From positions 53,196,001 to 53,260,000 of the forward strand of contig NC_043012.1 in NCBI RefSeq assembly GCF_006345805.1: a DNA stretch of 64,000 nucleotides. The letters are read 5' to 3'. The notes beneath the pieces are model-generated. The model was not told the DNA's origin. It worked only from the letters and a program-made list of their open reading frames with translations, and made no database searches. Positions 38,795 to 51,788 of the stretch are shown in pieces; position 1 is the first letter of the stretch, and every line of letters starts with the position of its first letter. Position numbers and translations under genes: made by a program. Source of the stretch: Octopus sinensis (Eukaryota).

Positions 38795-39202
38795 ATTTAT
38801 TTCTTTATTGCCTGCAGATGGCTAAACATAGATGGGACAAACAAAGGGATTAAGTCGGTTACACCAACCCCAGAGTGTAACTGGTACTTATCTAATCGAC
38901 CCCCGAAATGATGAAAAGCAAAGTCGACCTGGGTGGAATTTGAACTCAGAACGTACCGGCAGGGGAAATACCTATTTCTTTACTACCCACAAGGGGCTAA
39001 ACACAGAGAGAACAAACAAGGACAGACAAACGGATTAAGTCGATTATATCGATCCCAGTGCGTAACTGGTACTTATTTAATCGACCCCGCAAGGATGAAA
39101 GGCAAAGTCAACCTCGGCGGAATTTGAACTCAGAACATAACGGCAGACGAAATATGGCTACGCATTTCGCTCGGCGTGCTAACGTTTCTGCCCGCTCGCC
39201 GT
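38795..39202 (-). mobile_element. SINE family B head-to-tail dimer
   Basis: Junction gaaatacctatttcttt at about 38965-38981 is the same junction as in the 15473 array. Confidence 0.85.
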
Positions 39203-39819
39203 CCTCGAAATAAGTACATATTGAAGAAGAAAAGTTATTGTAACTCTGGCGATGCAAAACTACGGAGTTTATTTTAGAAGCTACAGTGAAACAGCATTTC
39301 TTTTAGGAAAAGTAAATTAATTCTCGAATTTTCTCAATATAAATTTCATGAATTAGATAAAGTTCATTAGCTGCATCTAAGTACATAACTTGTAAATTCC
39401 ACAGCTAAATAATTTTCATCGAAACTAGATGCTGTTTGAAAAACTCATTTTCATGCTTCACGCTGATTATGGATTCCTTTTACGCAATTACTTCTTACCA
39501 ACCATCTTGTGCTTGAGAGGGAAATCGTTTAAACTGATCTCTCACCATATTTATTAATTTATATATACCTGTGTAAGATTCTCTTTGCAGCGCGGATCTA
39601 TAGAACCAGTTGTAAGTTTCCAGCACCAGATAGTAAAACTTAAGGAGACACTTCTATAGCAACAGAATATACTAAATGAGAAGCGTAACAACTACGTTTT
39701 AAGAGAATCAAATTTGTATTTGTTACTTTCATAAGAGTGCAAAGAGAATTATTAATACTAGAAAGTTTTAAAGTTCTGCCTGCTCTTATAGCAAGCAGAT
39801 TTTAATGTTGATTCCGTCA

Positions 39820-40250
39820 TAAGGCGGGGAGCTGGCAGAAACGTTGGCACGCCGGACGAAATGCTTAGCAGTATTTCGTCTGCCGTTACTTTCCGAGTTC
39901 AAATTCCGCCGAGGTCGATTTTGCCTTTCATTCTTTCGGGGTCGATAAATTAAGTACCAGTTACGCACTGGGGTCGATGTAATTGACTTAATCCGTTTGT
40001 CTGTCCTTGTTTGTCCCCTCTATGTTTAGCTCCTTGTGGGCAATAAAGAAATAAGAATCGTTAGCACGCCAAGCAAAAATGCATAGCGGCATTTCGCCCG
40101 TTTTAAGGTTTTGAGTTCCAATACCGCAGTGGTCTATTTTACCGTTCATCCTTTCGATAAAATAAGTACTAGTTAAGGACTAGGGTCGATCTAATTAACT
40201 TACTATTCCCCCCGAAATTGCTGGTCGTGTACCAAAATTTGAAATGAACA
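39820..40250 (+). mobile_element. SINE family B dimer (young copy plus older copy)
   Basis: aaggcggggagctggcagaaacg...aaagaaataagaatcgttagcacgcc. Confidence 0.85.
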
Positions 40251-40741
40251 TTAATTCCGACATCTCTAAAAATCTTTTTTACGACTTGTTATTTCATTAG
40301 AAATTAACCATAAAAACTCTGATACAAATTTAGCTTGTTCTTTGTTGTAATAACTAACACGCGCATAGAAACTTTTCACAAACAGTTTCAATTGACTCAG
40401 CGGAAATTTACAACTGGCTATAACTTATATGTTCAATCTGTTTGTTTGTTTTTTTTTCTTCAGTAGGATATTTGTCATTGTGTTTTGTTCTTTGCAGTTT
40501 CAAATCAGCTGCACTTTATGATGAAAGAATATCCTTTGTAAAAACGTTCTCCCAAATGATCGACGCGACAAATGCTTTCATCACAAACTACAAATGAGAC
40601 TAACTGTGATTCTAATTTTGTGATTTTGGTACAGAAAAAAAAATGCTTTGATAGTTAGTAACAAATTCAAATTTTTTATCTTTAGCTGCAAAAACATACT
40701 TTGTTAAATCAATTTTGATAGTTCGTTTTTCCACAAAGCTT

Positions 40742-41302
40742 GAATCTTTTCCGTTTCAACGGCAGATCGAGAACATAATTTTTTGTAACTAAACACTTTC
40801 AAACTTCGGACACTGGTAGAATGTGTCATACAAAACATCTTTTACTTTTAGTGTTGTTGAGAAAATTTTCTGTTTTCAAAGTTATTTCGTGTTAAAGTTG
40901 TCGCTTTTCGGTAATTTAAGCCAATCAATGGCGTGTATTCAGCTTAATACAATTACTGCCGTTGTTTGTCAACAACAACAATCGGCGTTTGTCACTATTA
41001 TTTATGACATCGTGCGTTTGTACTGGTTTTAGCTTTAGGGTTTTAGGGTTAGGGTTAGGGTTTTAGGATTAGAGTTAGGATTTCAGAGTTAGGGTTAGGG
41101 TTAGGGTTAAAGTTAGAGTTAGGGTTTTAGGGTCAGTGTTAGGGTTTTAGAGTTAGGGTTAGGGTTAGGGTTTTCGGGTTACGGCTAGGGTTATGGTTTT
41201 AGGGTTAGGGTTAAGGTTTTAGGGTTAGGGTTAGGTTAGGGTTTTAGGGTTAGGGTTAGGGTTGGGGTTTGGGTTAGGGTTAGAGTTGGGGTTTTAGGGT
41301 TA
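40742..41302. mobile_element. Relative of the telomere-repeat MITE: left TIR plus ~270-bp interstitial (TTAGGG/TTTTAGGG)n array at 41034-41302
   Basis: gaatctttttccgtttcaacggcag and gtaactaaacactttcaaacttcggacactggtagaatgtg match 11797-11890. No right TIR seen. Confidence 0.75.
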
Positions 41303-42279
41303 AAGATAAGGAAAAAAGTGAAAAATGAAGAAATTGGAGGGGGAGATGTAGGGAGGCAAAAATGTCTTTCCGAAAATAGTAGCAGTAAAACAGGAAAAAA
41401 ATCTAAAAGCAGTAGAAAAGCAAGAACGATTATGGTGGTGCCATGAAGTAAACATGCTTCAGATACACTCGTTTATTCATACAAGCGTAACTGAGATGAA
41501 ATATGTCATAAATAACATATTTCATTCGTCTTCATGTTCTGACTTCAAATTCATCCGATGTCGACTTTGCCATTCTCTTTGTTTTATCGGGGTCGATAAA
41601 ATAAGTACCCGTTGAGTACTGTGGTCGATGTAATCGACTTACCCTTACCCCGAATTTATTGGATTTATCCCAAAATTTGAAATGAATAATTATCAAACGC
41701 TTTCTATTCTAAACATTATTTTGAACTAAAAATTAAACTTTTGCATTAAATTTATGAAGAAAATATTTTAGACTATTTAAGTGTACGTGTAATTACTATT
41801 GACATAAATTATTTGGAACAAGAAATATAATTGGTTAGACTGCAGCAGGTAGTGTATAATACAACCAGCATTAATTTTCAATGAGAAATAAAACGCTACG
41901 GAATTTCACGCTACAGGTCCTTTTAAATCTACGGGTAACTTTTACGAATTAATTACTGTAGAATTATCGTATAAAGTCATTAAATTTCTCTAATAATTAT
42001 GGCGCCACTGTGATTTGTTAGACCAATATATTGCGTTCATATTACCGTATTCCTGAATGTCAGAAAGTAAGTTTCGCATAGTGAGTCTATAAATTTTACT
42101 GATTGGCAATGAATATTATTGATATGAACTTTTAAGTAAAACAGAAAAGTAAGGAATGTTAGCTCCCGAATTATCTTAAGTTTCCCAAGAAGTAGCAAGT
42201 AAACCAACCAGCAGGTGTAATGTGTGTGTGTGTGTGTGTGTGTGTTGTAATATGTGTTCATGAAAAGTGCTGCAGTCCT

Positions 42280-42620
42280 ATACCGACTATGTCTGCCTCA
42301 TGAAGTTGCTATCAAAAGTACCAGACTATAGCTTCATTTCATTCTCTTCCTGAACCAGGGACTTCGTGCCACACGATACTATCATGGAATTTGTTTATGG
42401 ATCTCTCCCCCTCTCTCCCCACACTATCTCTCGCTCTCTCTCTCTCAGACCCACCACACGGCAACAAATCTAGTGTTTCTCAGTCTTCGGTTTTCTCTCC
42501 AAATTTCTTCCTTGTCTGCTTGACCGACCTATTTGTCATTACGTTGATGATCAACTGTCTCTATGCAAATATCACCCTTCATTCTCGCCCAACAATCCAT
42601 GAGTACTCCTAGCGATTCAC
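42280..42620 (+). pseudogene. Very degenerate LINE reverse transcriptase fragment (CR1/Jockey group)
   Basis: KSSVSQSSVFSPNFFLVCLTDL..NCLYANITLH parallels GVPQGSVLSP.LF...INDL...YADD. Confidence 0.5.
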
Positions 42621-43011
42621 GCCAACTCTGCATTGACTCAATAAAACAAAGAGAATGGAAAAATATCCTCCTATACCAGTCATATCATTTTAAACACTAG
42701 AGTCATGATCACTGCAGATAGTAGGAAGACTTTATCGCACCTTAAACGTTACTAGACGTAAGAAGTACGAAAATATAAGAAAATATACGAAAATATGAAA
42801 AAGCCCTAATCACAAAGTCTACCTATCATCTAGAAAGCCAGAAAACAGTTAAGTCTCTACAAAGTTCAATTAATATTTACAAAGAAATACTGAACTCAAA
42901 CCAGAGATGCCGCTACTGCAATTATTTGTATACACTTCCTAGATTCCATCAAAAGAGTATCTCACTAAATGGTATAAAATCTTTTTGCATTCCAGGATAT
43001 ACTGTGATCGT

Positions 43012-43284
43012 GGAGGCACATGGCTTAGTTGTTAGAGCAGCGGACTCGCGGTCGAGGGATCGCGGGTTCGAATCTCAGACCGGGTGATATGTGTGTTTAT
43101 GACCGAATCACCTAAGCTCCACGCAGCTCCGGCAGAAGGTAATGACGAACTTCTGCTGGCTCTTTCGCCACAACTTTCTCACCTGCGACGGACCGGTGTC
43201 CCGTCCAGGTGGGGCATCTATACGCCAAGGAAACCGGGAAATCGGCCCTTATGAGCTAGGCGTGGCTCGAGAAGGAACAAACAA
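43012..43284 (+). mobile_element. tRNA-derived SINE, group C (second body type plus V-domain-like tail)
   Basis: A box tggcttagttg, B box gggttcgaatc. Tail cctgcgacggaccggtgtcccgtccaggtgggg...ggctcgagaaggaacaa is shared with 46393. Confidence 0.85.
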
Positions 43285-44011
43285 TTTACTATGCCCGGAC
43301 ACCACGTTTGTTGTGGCTTTGTCCTACTTCTAAGTCAAATACTTCCAACTCGCTAGTCACTCCTGTTTCCGCTATCCATCTGGTGTCTCTCATCAGGCTT
43401 CATACTAGCCACAACCTGAGTGCTTACTTTTCAAGACTTCGACGTCAGCGGCTTAGAATTCTATATCTACGCATTTTCCATCGACTAGACTTGCAGTTGT
43501 TAGAGAAGTCTTGGATGACCCGTGAAGACCATAGCAACAGCCACTAGCATCAGACAAAAACCAATTGATATGCATAGAATTTTGATCGGTAGAATTTAAT
43601 ACTATGATTACGGAACAATTTATCAAGAACTGTATACGATTGTGAAAAGATGAATAAATCTTTACAAACAAATGCATATATAAGTAAAATGGAATAAAAC
43701 GATGCCATAAAAATATCTTGAGAAGATTTTGAAATATCTCACATTTGAATCCACGTTGGTTTGATATTCACATGTTTGACTATATACGTATATATCTACA
43801 CATACATACACACACACGCACACACATACACACACACACACATATATATGTATGCATGTTTGTATGTATATGTATATATGTATGTGCATGTATGCGTATA
43901 TGCTTAAGCAAGTGTATAAGAGATAGATATCAATACATATATAAATATAATTGTACGTGTATATATATATAGAACGTGTATATATATATATGGGGGGAAC
44001 TTAAAAATATT

Positions 44012-44082
<71 letters not shown>

Positions 44083-44105
44083 ATATATAACCGTATGTAG
44101 GTATA

Positions 44106-44205
44106 NNNNNNNNNNNNNNNNNNNNNNNNNNNNNNNNNNNNNNNNNNNNNNNNNNNNNNNNNNNNNNNNNNNNNNNNNNNNNNNNNNNNNNNNNNNNNNN
44201 NNNNN
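44106..44205. other. Assembly gap (100 N)
   Basis: Run of n between (TA)n and the 3' half of a family A SINE (44210-44430). Confidence 0.99.
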
Positions 44206-46392
44206 ATATATAAGCGTGTGTGTCCGTGTTTGTCCCCCCAGCATCGCTTGACAACCGATGTTGATGAGTTTACGCTCCCGTAACTTAGCGGTTCGGCAAA
44301 AATGATCCGATAGAATAAGTACTAGGCTTACAAAGAATAAGTCCTGGGGTCGATTTGCTCGACTAAAGGCAGTGCTCCAGCATGGCCGCAGTCAATTAAC
44401 TGAAACAAGTAAAAACGTAAAAGAGTAAAGGGTATATATATATATTGTTGGCTTTAAAAAAATCTATTTAAATATGTTTTGTTAAAACATGAGAATATTT
44501 GTAAGGATATTGTGTTTACCTCTGTGTATGTACATACAGTTTTGGCTTAAAATCTTTACAAATATTGTGTAGTAGAATACGAAGATATTTGTAAGACGTG
44601 ACTTTGTATTTACGACTGTCTATGTACAGTGTTGGCTAAAAAAATCTATACAAATAGCTGGGAAATATAGCGTTGAAACAAAGCATATCAGTAATTTATT
44701 AATAGTTTGGTGATTGGAATAGCCAAGAGAACTGTAGCGACAACAGATAAATTCAAGAAGAGAGACTTTTGTTCCAGTTACTAAAATAGTTACTGATTTT
44801 TTCACGAAACTGAATAAACTTTTATAGAGAGAACCAGCCAGCTCCAACATTCACTTTTCTAAGCAAAGTTTCTGAATGTAGCGTGAAGGTTTCTTTAACA
44901 GAGGTGATGGGTTAAATGAAAATAGATGAAGATATGTTGTGTTTCGGAAAATAAATATATTCTTTGTTTATTAGATAAACGTCATTTGACCACATTTATT
45001 TATTCATTTATTATTTTGCTTTTGGCTAAATTGCTGTTTGTTTATGTCTTATTCTGTCAGTGAGTCGCCGCAGCCAAAAGAAGACACATTTATATACCAT
45101 AAGTAGAATTTTAAAAGTATATTTATTCATACATCAATGGCTTCAGATAAATAAAATTATATTCATTGTTAGAAAAAAATGACAAAGTTTTTAACTGTGC
45201 TACTATATAGATAAATTCAGTAATGTTGTTTTTTCTTATCTATTGTTGACATTAGAAATTATTCCTTATTTGTTGAATATAAAGAATGGAGTATCCAATG
45301 AGCATCATAGTAATAGCTATAGCAGAGAGACAGGGTAAGCAACTTTGAGAAAATGTCTTAAGACTTTTTAAAGTTTTGCATTAGGAAAACAAGTTTATCA
45401 GCGATAGATAGGATAATCTTAAAAGTAGTTACCTGTTCAGACCTCATCGAACCAGACTAGAACACAATAAAGTCGAAAATGATCCTTGCTTCTCTTCAGA
45501 TTAAGTTTCGTCTTCGACTTTTAAGATCCCAAATATCTTTTTAAAAGACTGCTTATATACTAGTATATGGAATTATTTTTTCTCTAATCGGAACAAAAAA
45601 TAATCCAAAATTTGGTACCATATTGCCCCTGCATAAAATTCAATTTGTCAACGTTCGGCGTTACTTATTGAAGGAGAGCTGTCACATCCAAGGTTACGTA
45701 TTAAATATATTAGAGGGGAGTCAGAAAATACATCAAATATGTATCCCCTAGGGAAATATGATTCCTAAAATCCTTACATCTATATATCTGTGAAGAAAAG
45801 AATTCATTCCCAAGTGATATAACTTTAGTTGTGGTTGATTGATAAAAAGATGTATTTTAAATAGCAGATAATGATGATTCCACATTTTAGGAAAAAAGAC
45901 GAAACCATTAAAACATAACATAAAAAGTTATTACATAACCTCCTGAACTACGCAGACTTGTAAACTTACACAGATTTGTAAACTTAAACTTGTAAACTAC
46001 ACAGACTTGTAAACTTACATTAGTGTATCACAAATACACTCACGTATATGTACGAATGTACAGTGACTCACATATTCATAAATATCTAGAACTTTCTAGA
46101 CTCGCTTTTGTTAGTGACTATAGTGAATCACAGAAGAACGGGAATATATATCCAAGATGCCAAAAGCTCGATACGGTTGATGTTCTTCGTAAATTACGAA
46201 AATTCAACAGCTTTGCTTCGTGAAAGATATGGACAGCGAAGGAATGTCAGAGGGTTGACATTTCGAGGAGGAAACATTGGGTAAATTCGCAGCACACGAA
46301 GCATGGATACAAAATAAGTGTCAATAAAAAGAGAGACTGGTGGGTCGAGTGTGTCGGATAAGCAAGAGCAGAGGCTGCAATATTACTGGTAG

Positions 46393-46639
46393 TTGTTCCT
46401 TCTCGAGCCATGCCAGGCTCATAAGTGCCGGTTTCCCGGTTTCAGTGGCGTAGAAATTCCCCACCTGGACGGGACGCCGGTCCGTCGCAGGATTATTCAT
46501 TTTTGCCAGCTGAGTGGACTGGAGCAACTTGAAATGAAGTGTTTTGCTCAAGAACACAACGTATCGCCCGGTCCAGGAATCGAAACCACAACCTTACGAT
46601 CATGAGTTCAACACCCTAACCACTAAGCCACGCGCCTCC
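46393..46639 (-). mobile_element. tRNA-derived SINE, group C (CORE-like body plus V-domain-like tail) with 16-bp TSD
   Basis: TSD gcaatattactggtag at 46377-46392 and 46640-46655. Head ggaggcgcgtggcttagtggttagggtg...ggtttcgattcc. Confidence 0.92.
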
Positions 46640-46699
46640 GCAATATTACTGGTAGGAAAGACAGTGAGGAGACACTGGTATATTGGCCAGAAGGCAGTA

Positions 46700-48132
46700 G
46701 TTTGTTTGGCCAGCGATTTTAACCTATCACTCAGGTGATCCTTTTGGTTTGGCTGGGTTTGAATGTTTGCATATATAGTGCCACCAACACCGTTCCAAAA
46801 TTGGGAATATAATTACATAATAGGTATTGACTGTGTTTTGTAAAGGATTAATAACTTTTGAGATGTGAACTATTTTCTGTTTCTGGAGAGTAAGGCCAGT
46901 TTTGGTGATGCAATCGTTAGGTCGATAATATGAGATTGGTATAATAGAATACAAGTAAGGAGACTCAATGTCTCTAACACGGTTTTGCAGGTGCTAGTTG
47001 CATTGTTCAAGTACAGAATTGGTGGAGCGCAATATATTTCCTTGTATGTGTAGTGAATGAGTTATTGTGCTACTAAAGGAACCAAAATAGGTTTGCTCTA
47101 GATAGAAGCGGTTTTTTAGGTATCTGTGCATGAAATTGATTCAGGGCTTCCATGAAGTGTATAGGTTGTACGTGGATAAAGTGTATAGACGCGTACGTTT
47201 AAAGATGATTAATAGATGGTACCATCTGCATCGGAGTGAGTATTGTGAGAACTGATAATCAATACAATGTTGATGAAGAGACTGGAAAAAAAAAACACGT
47301 TATAATATACTTGAGGGAATATATTATGTCATAAAATGCTCTGTCAGAAAACGTTGATACAGTTAAATAGGGAGCATTAAGAGACGAGAGGAAAATGGAA
47401 CCCGTACAGAGAAAGTTTTAGAAAAGAGATTCGCATGTTAGATTTGGTCGTAGGATTTATTGATATAAAATACTGCACTTTTATCCAAAAATATCAAGTG
47501 GCTCACTAATGTTTGACATAGAAACGCATGACTCCAGTAGCTCTGATTTTCAGAAGACAAATGGTGGGATAATAAGTGAAGGTGTTGGAGAGGCTGGTTA
47601 TTAATGGCCGTCTTCATCACTTTCGATGAAATCGGTGGGAGAGAGTTGATAATATCAAAGTGATTGCTTTTCTTCAGAAAGGGAAACGTAGTAGGAATTT
47701 TCAAAAGATCTCAATAGACGCCTCGAGATATGAAATAGCGATAGATATAGATATATGAATAGCTAGATAAGTCGGTAGGGAGACAGGTATGTAGGTATTT
47801 AGGTAGGTTGGTAGGGAGGTAGGGAGGTATGTAGGTAGGTAGGCAGACAGGCAGGCTGGAATGTAGGTATGTATGTATGTATGTATGTATGTAAGTATGT
47901 ATGTATGTAGGTAGGTAGGTAGGTAGGTAGGTAGGCAGGCAAGTAGGTAGGTTGTAGGTAGGTGGTAGGTAGGTAGATAGGTAGTTAGGTAGGTAGGCTG
48001 GCAGAAAGGTAGGCAGGCAGGTAGATAGGTAGGTAGGTACTACGTACGTACGTAGGCAGGCAAGTAGGTAGGTAAGTAGGTACGTACGTACGTAGGTAGG
48101 CAGGCAGCTAGCTAGCTAGATAGATAGGTAGG

Positions 48133-48203
<71 letters not shown>

Positions 48204-48480
48204 AACAAAAATTTTGGTGAGAATAGGAAATGAATCCGGAACATATTTCTTAGGGCAACTGATGGAAGGTTCCCAGAACTGGTTTGAAGTGGTTAGACGT
48301 GTTTCTGTTTCCACTCTCGATCTGAGTGTGTGATGGGAAGCTAATAAGAGAGGGCGGAGAGATAATTAAAGAGGCTGGTGAGATCATTAGAGGCGATGAT
48401 GAGGTAATTAGAATTTTAGATGTGTGCTTCAATAATCATGTTTAAAAAGTGGAGAGAGTGAGGTTTTTGCATATTTAGTA
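46700..48480 (-). pseudogene. Ancient CR1/Jockey-group LINE RT remnant interrupted by a tetranucleotide microsatellite
   Basis: FPFLKKSN..SLPPISSKVMKTAINNQ (PKK...RPISL...SKVME), FYINKSYDQI (LDISKAFDRV-like), THSDADGT (YADD-like). Confidence 0.5.
47780..48202. repeat. Compound (AGGT)/(ATGT)/(AGAC)/(AGAT) microsatellite
   Basis: Directly visible. Confidence 0.95.
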
Positions 48481-49924
48481 GAATCACTTTTTATTTCCAA
48501 GAGACCAAAGAAATCGTCTGCACAACATGGATAGCAGCAACGCCTTCATTCATAAATATTGATAGTAATAATGCTAACATTCATAAACAGTGATGCTGAT
48601 ATTGCCCTCATTCACAGATAACGAGACTGAAAATGACTTCATTAGCAACATTAACATCGATAGTATTATTATAGATAATACTGATAGCAACAATACTATT
48701 ATTGATAACTTTGTTATCGATAATGCGATCATTTATATCATTACTATCAATTGTATAAACTACGATAAATGTTGCTGTAGCAGATGCAGGTGATAATACT
48801 GTGATGTAATTAATTAGAGTTTTAAAAAATAACAACATACAAAATATTTCAGTTGTGTTCAAACATCAAAGACCAATTCATGATTAATAATTAGTGTGCA
48901 ATATTTTAATTATTTCATTAAAGCAAGATGAAAGAGAAAGATTAACTCTCAGATCGCGTTATAGAGACGAGAGAGAAAGCATCAGAGCTTTTAATAAATA
49001 AGAAATCAGATATAATGTGATAAGAGAGACGAGAAAACAAAACAAAATCAAGTGAGGAAAAAAAAGAGATGAAAGTAATAAGAAGATATGATGCGATAAA
49101 GATGACACAATTTGATAAGTATAAGAAATGAGATATGTAAAACGAAAGAATGATGAAGAGATAAAATGAAAAATTTATTTACATTGCGTTTGGTGTGTCC
49201 AACACCAATTATATTATAGACGAATGAAAACTTGCCACGAATCTACGTCGTACAGCCAGCTTTCAAGAATCTTATTGGTAGTTAGTTGGTAGTTAGGCTA
49301 CTGTCTCATTGATGAATGTCATATACCGAACAGTAAATGACATGTCAAAAAGAGTATTTGGAATGCATGAACCAATGAAAATATATTGTGTATAAATGTA
49401 TTACACTAAGAAGACATTTGCCCAGGTTGCCACGCAGTGGGACTGAACCCGGAACCATGTGGTTCGTAAGCAAGCTGTGTGTAAGTATGTGTGGGCGTCT
49501 GAGTTCAAATTCTGTGAGTTCGACGTTAGCTTTTATCCGTTTTCAGTTCGATAAAACCTGTACCAGTTGAGTGCAGTCCATGTAATCGATTAGTCACCTC
49601 CTCCAATATTGCTAGCCGTATTCCTATAAAAGAATTAATCATATAGTCATTTAAACACAATACATCATTATTTTCAGTTTCTTACCTAGTTAAGACTAAG
49701 TAATCTGCTTATGATAAACGAGATCATTTCTTGAAATATCCATGATATATATATCTTATCGTTTTTTATGAAAAAGTGTTTTGTCTTTTATTTCAATATT
49801 AACCTGCTTATTTACAAACGTACATAAGATTCTAAATAACAATTCTTTATCATTAACAGACTATATCACATGAATATATTTCTCTGCACACTTTTGTTGG
49901 AAACTATAATATTTGTTCGTGTAA

Positions 49925-50716
49925 GCACCAACGCCTTCTGAGTGGATTTAGTAGACGGAAACTGAAAGAAGCCAGTCGTATATATATGTATATATATATA
50001 TATATATTTGTAAAAAATGAAGTTCGAAAATGCTGCTATATTATACAATTTTTAATTTTTATATATACATTATAACATGTTTCAGTTCCTGAAATGAACC
50101 TTATCAAAAAAAGTTATACATAAAAAAAGATAGTTCATGCTATCAAATATAAGAAATTCATTTATAATACACAATGGAGTCAGACATCATAAAGTTCATA
50201 TATAGTTTGAAGTGAGTTCGTTCATGCTATATGTTTAAAGTGTATGATGCAGTGGTTCGTGGTGGATCAAAGTGGTGGAATGCAGTCAATATAAAACATT
50301 GATGTTCCTGAAAGAGCGAGGAATTCATTTTTACCTTGAGCAACTGTGATGACTAATGGTGGGTGTTCGCTGGATGATTCTGGCGAATCTTGTGAATTGT
50401 TCGGGTTTCTATTTTTTATATATCACCACCACGAATCACTGCATCATACACTTTAAACATATAGCATGAACGAACTCACTTCAAACTATATATGAACTTT
50501 ATGATGTCTGACTCCATTGTGTATTATAAATGAATTTCTTATATTTGATAGCATGAACTATCTTTTTTTATATATAACTTTTTTTGATAAGGTTCATTTC
50601 AGGAACCGAAACATGTTATAATGTATATATAAAAATTAAAAATTGTATAATATAGCAGCATTTTCGAACTTCATTTTTTACAAATATATACCTACTCGTA
50701 TACGAGCTAATCCTAT

Positions 50717-50814
<98 letters not shown>

Positions 50815-51060
50815 TATATATGTATGTATGTGTGTGTGTGTGTATATGTTTGTGTGTCTGCGTTTGTCCTTCCAACATCGCTTGACAACCGATGCATGCT
50901 GGTGTAATTAGGCCCCGGTAACTTAGCAGTTCGGCAAAAGAGACCGATACAATAAGTACTAGGCGTACAAAGAATAAGTCCTGGGATCGATTTGCTCGAT
51001 CGACTAAAGGCGGTGCTCCAGCATGGCCACAGTCAAATGACTGAAACAAGTAAAAGAGTA
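49925..51060 (+). mobile_element. SINE family A split at its internal microsatellite by the 50001-50690 insertion
   Basis: The 5' piece ends gaaagaagccagtcg(TA)n at about 49980. The 3' half resumes at about 50850 (gtgtctgcgtttgtcc...gaaacaagtaaaagag). Confidence 0.8.
50001..50690. repeat. Inverted repeat with 265-bp arms (50001-50265 / 50426-50690) and 160-bp spacer; each arm has a hammerhead-like motif
   Basis: Arms are near-identical in reverse complement, with only a few mismatches. TTGATAA-GGTTC-atttcag-GAACC-GAAACATGTTA at 50584-50618, mirrored at 50073-50107. Confidence 0.93.
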
Positions 51061-51330
51061 TATATATATATATATAACATACATACACGCACACACATAT
51101 GTATGCATCTATAAGTTTACATTTGTAGGCGTGTTTCCGCGTACGCGCGTGTACGTAAGTAACTGTTTTTGTGTGAGTTTTGTTTTTACATGTTCTCATT
51201 TGTACATTTTGCGAACAATAATCCATAAATTCTCTGATAATGGCCTGATAAACAGTTGTCTTCCTATCGTCTCTATAAAAAGTTTAATTAACCTAACACA
51301 CACACACACACACACACACAAACACGCATA

Positions 51331-51788
51331 GATATATATATTTATACATACAGTATATAATATATATACATTTGTGCATGAAAGACAATATTATATATAT
51401 ATATATATATATGTTTTATTGTATGTATGTATATATATATATATATACATGAATATACATATATATATATACATATATATATATATGTATATATATATAT
51501 ATGCTGGAGCACCGCCTTTAGTCGAGCAAATCGACCCTGGAACTTATTCTTTGTAAGATATATATATTTATACATACAGTATATAATATATATACATTTG
51601 TGCATGAAAGACAATATTATATATATATATATATATATATGTTTTATTGTATGTATATATATATATACATATATATATATGTATATATACATATATATAT
51701 ATACATATATATATATATGTATATATATATATATGCTGGAGCACCGCCTTTAGTCGAGCAAATCGACACTGGGACTTATTCTTTGTAA
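51331..51788. repeat. ~230-bp tandem duplication that includes part of a family A SINE tail
   Basis: tttatacatacagtatataat...catgaaagacaat...atgctggagcaccgcctttagtcgagcaaatcgac occurs twice. Confidence 0.85.

Noticed and set aside
41034-41302. True chromosome end
   Set aside because: The array is degenerate, internal, and attached to a MITE terminus.
43361-43398. Minus-strand CTGATGA...GGAAAC
   Set aside because: No stem II pairing, so likely chance.
45953-46020. Short (acagacttgtaaactt)-like minisatellite
   Set aside because: About four degenerate units, consistent with ordinary slippage.
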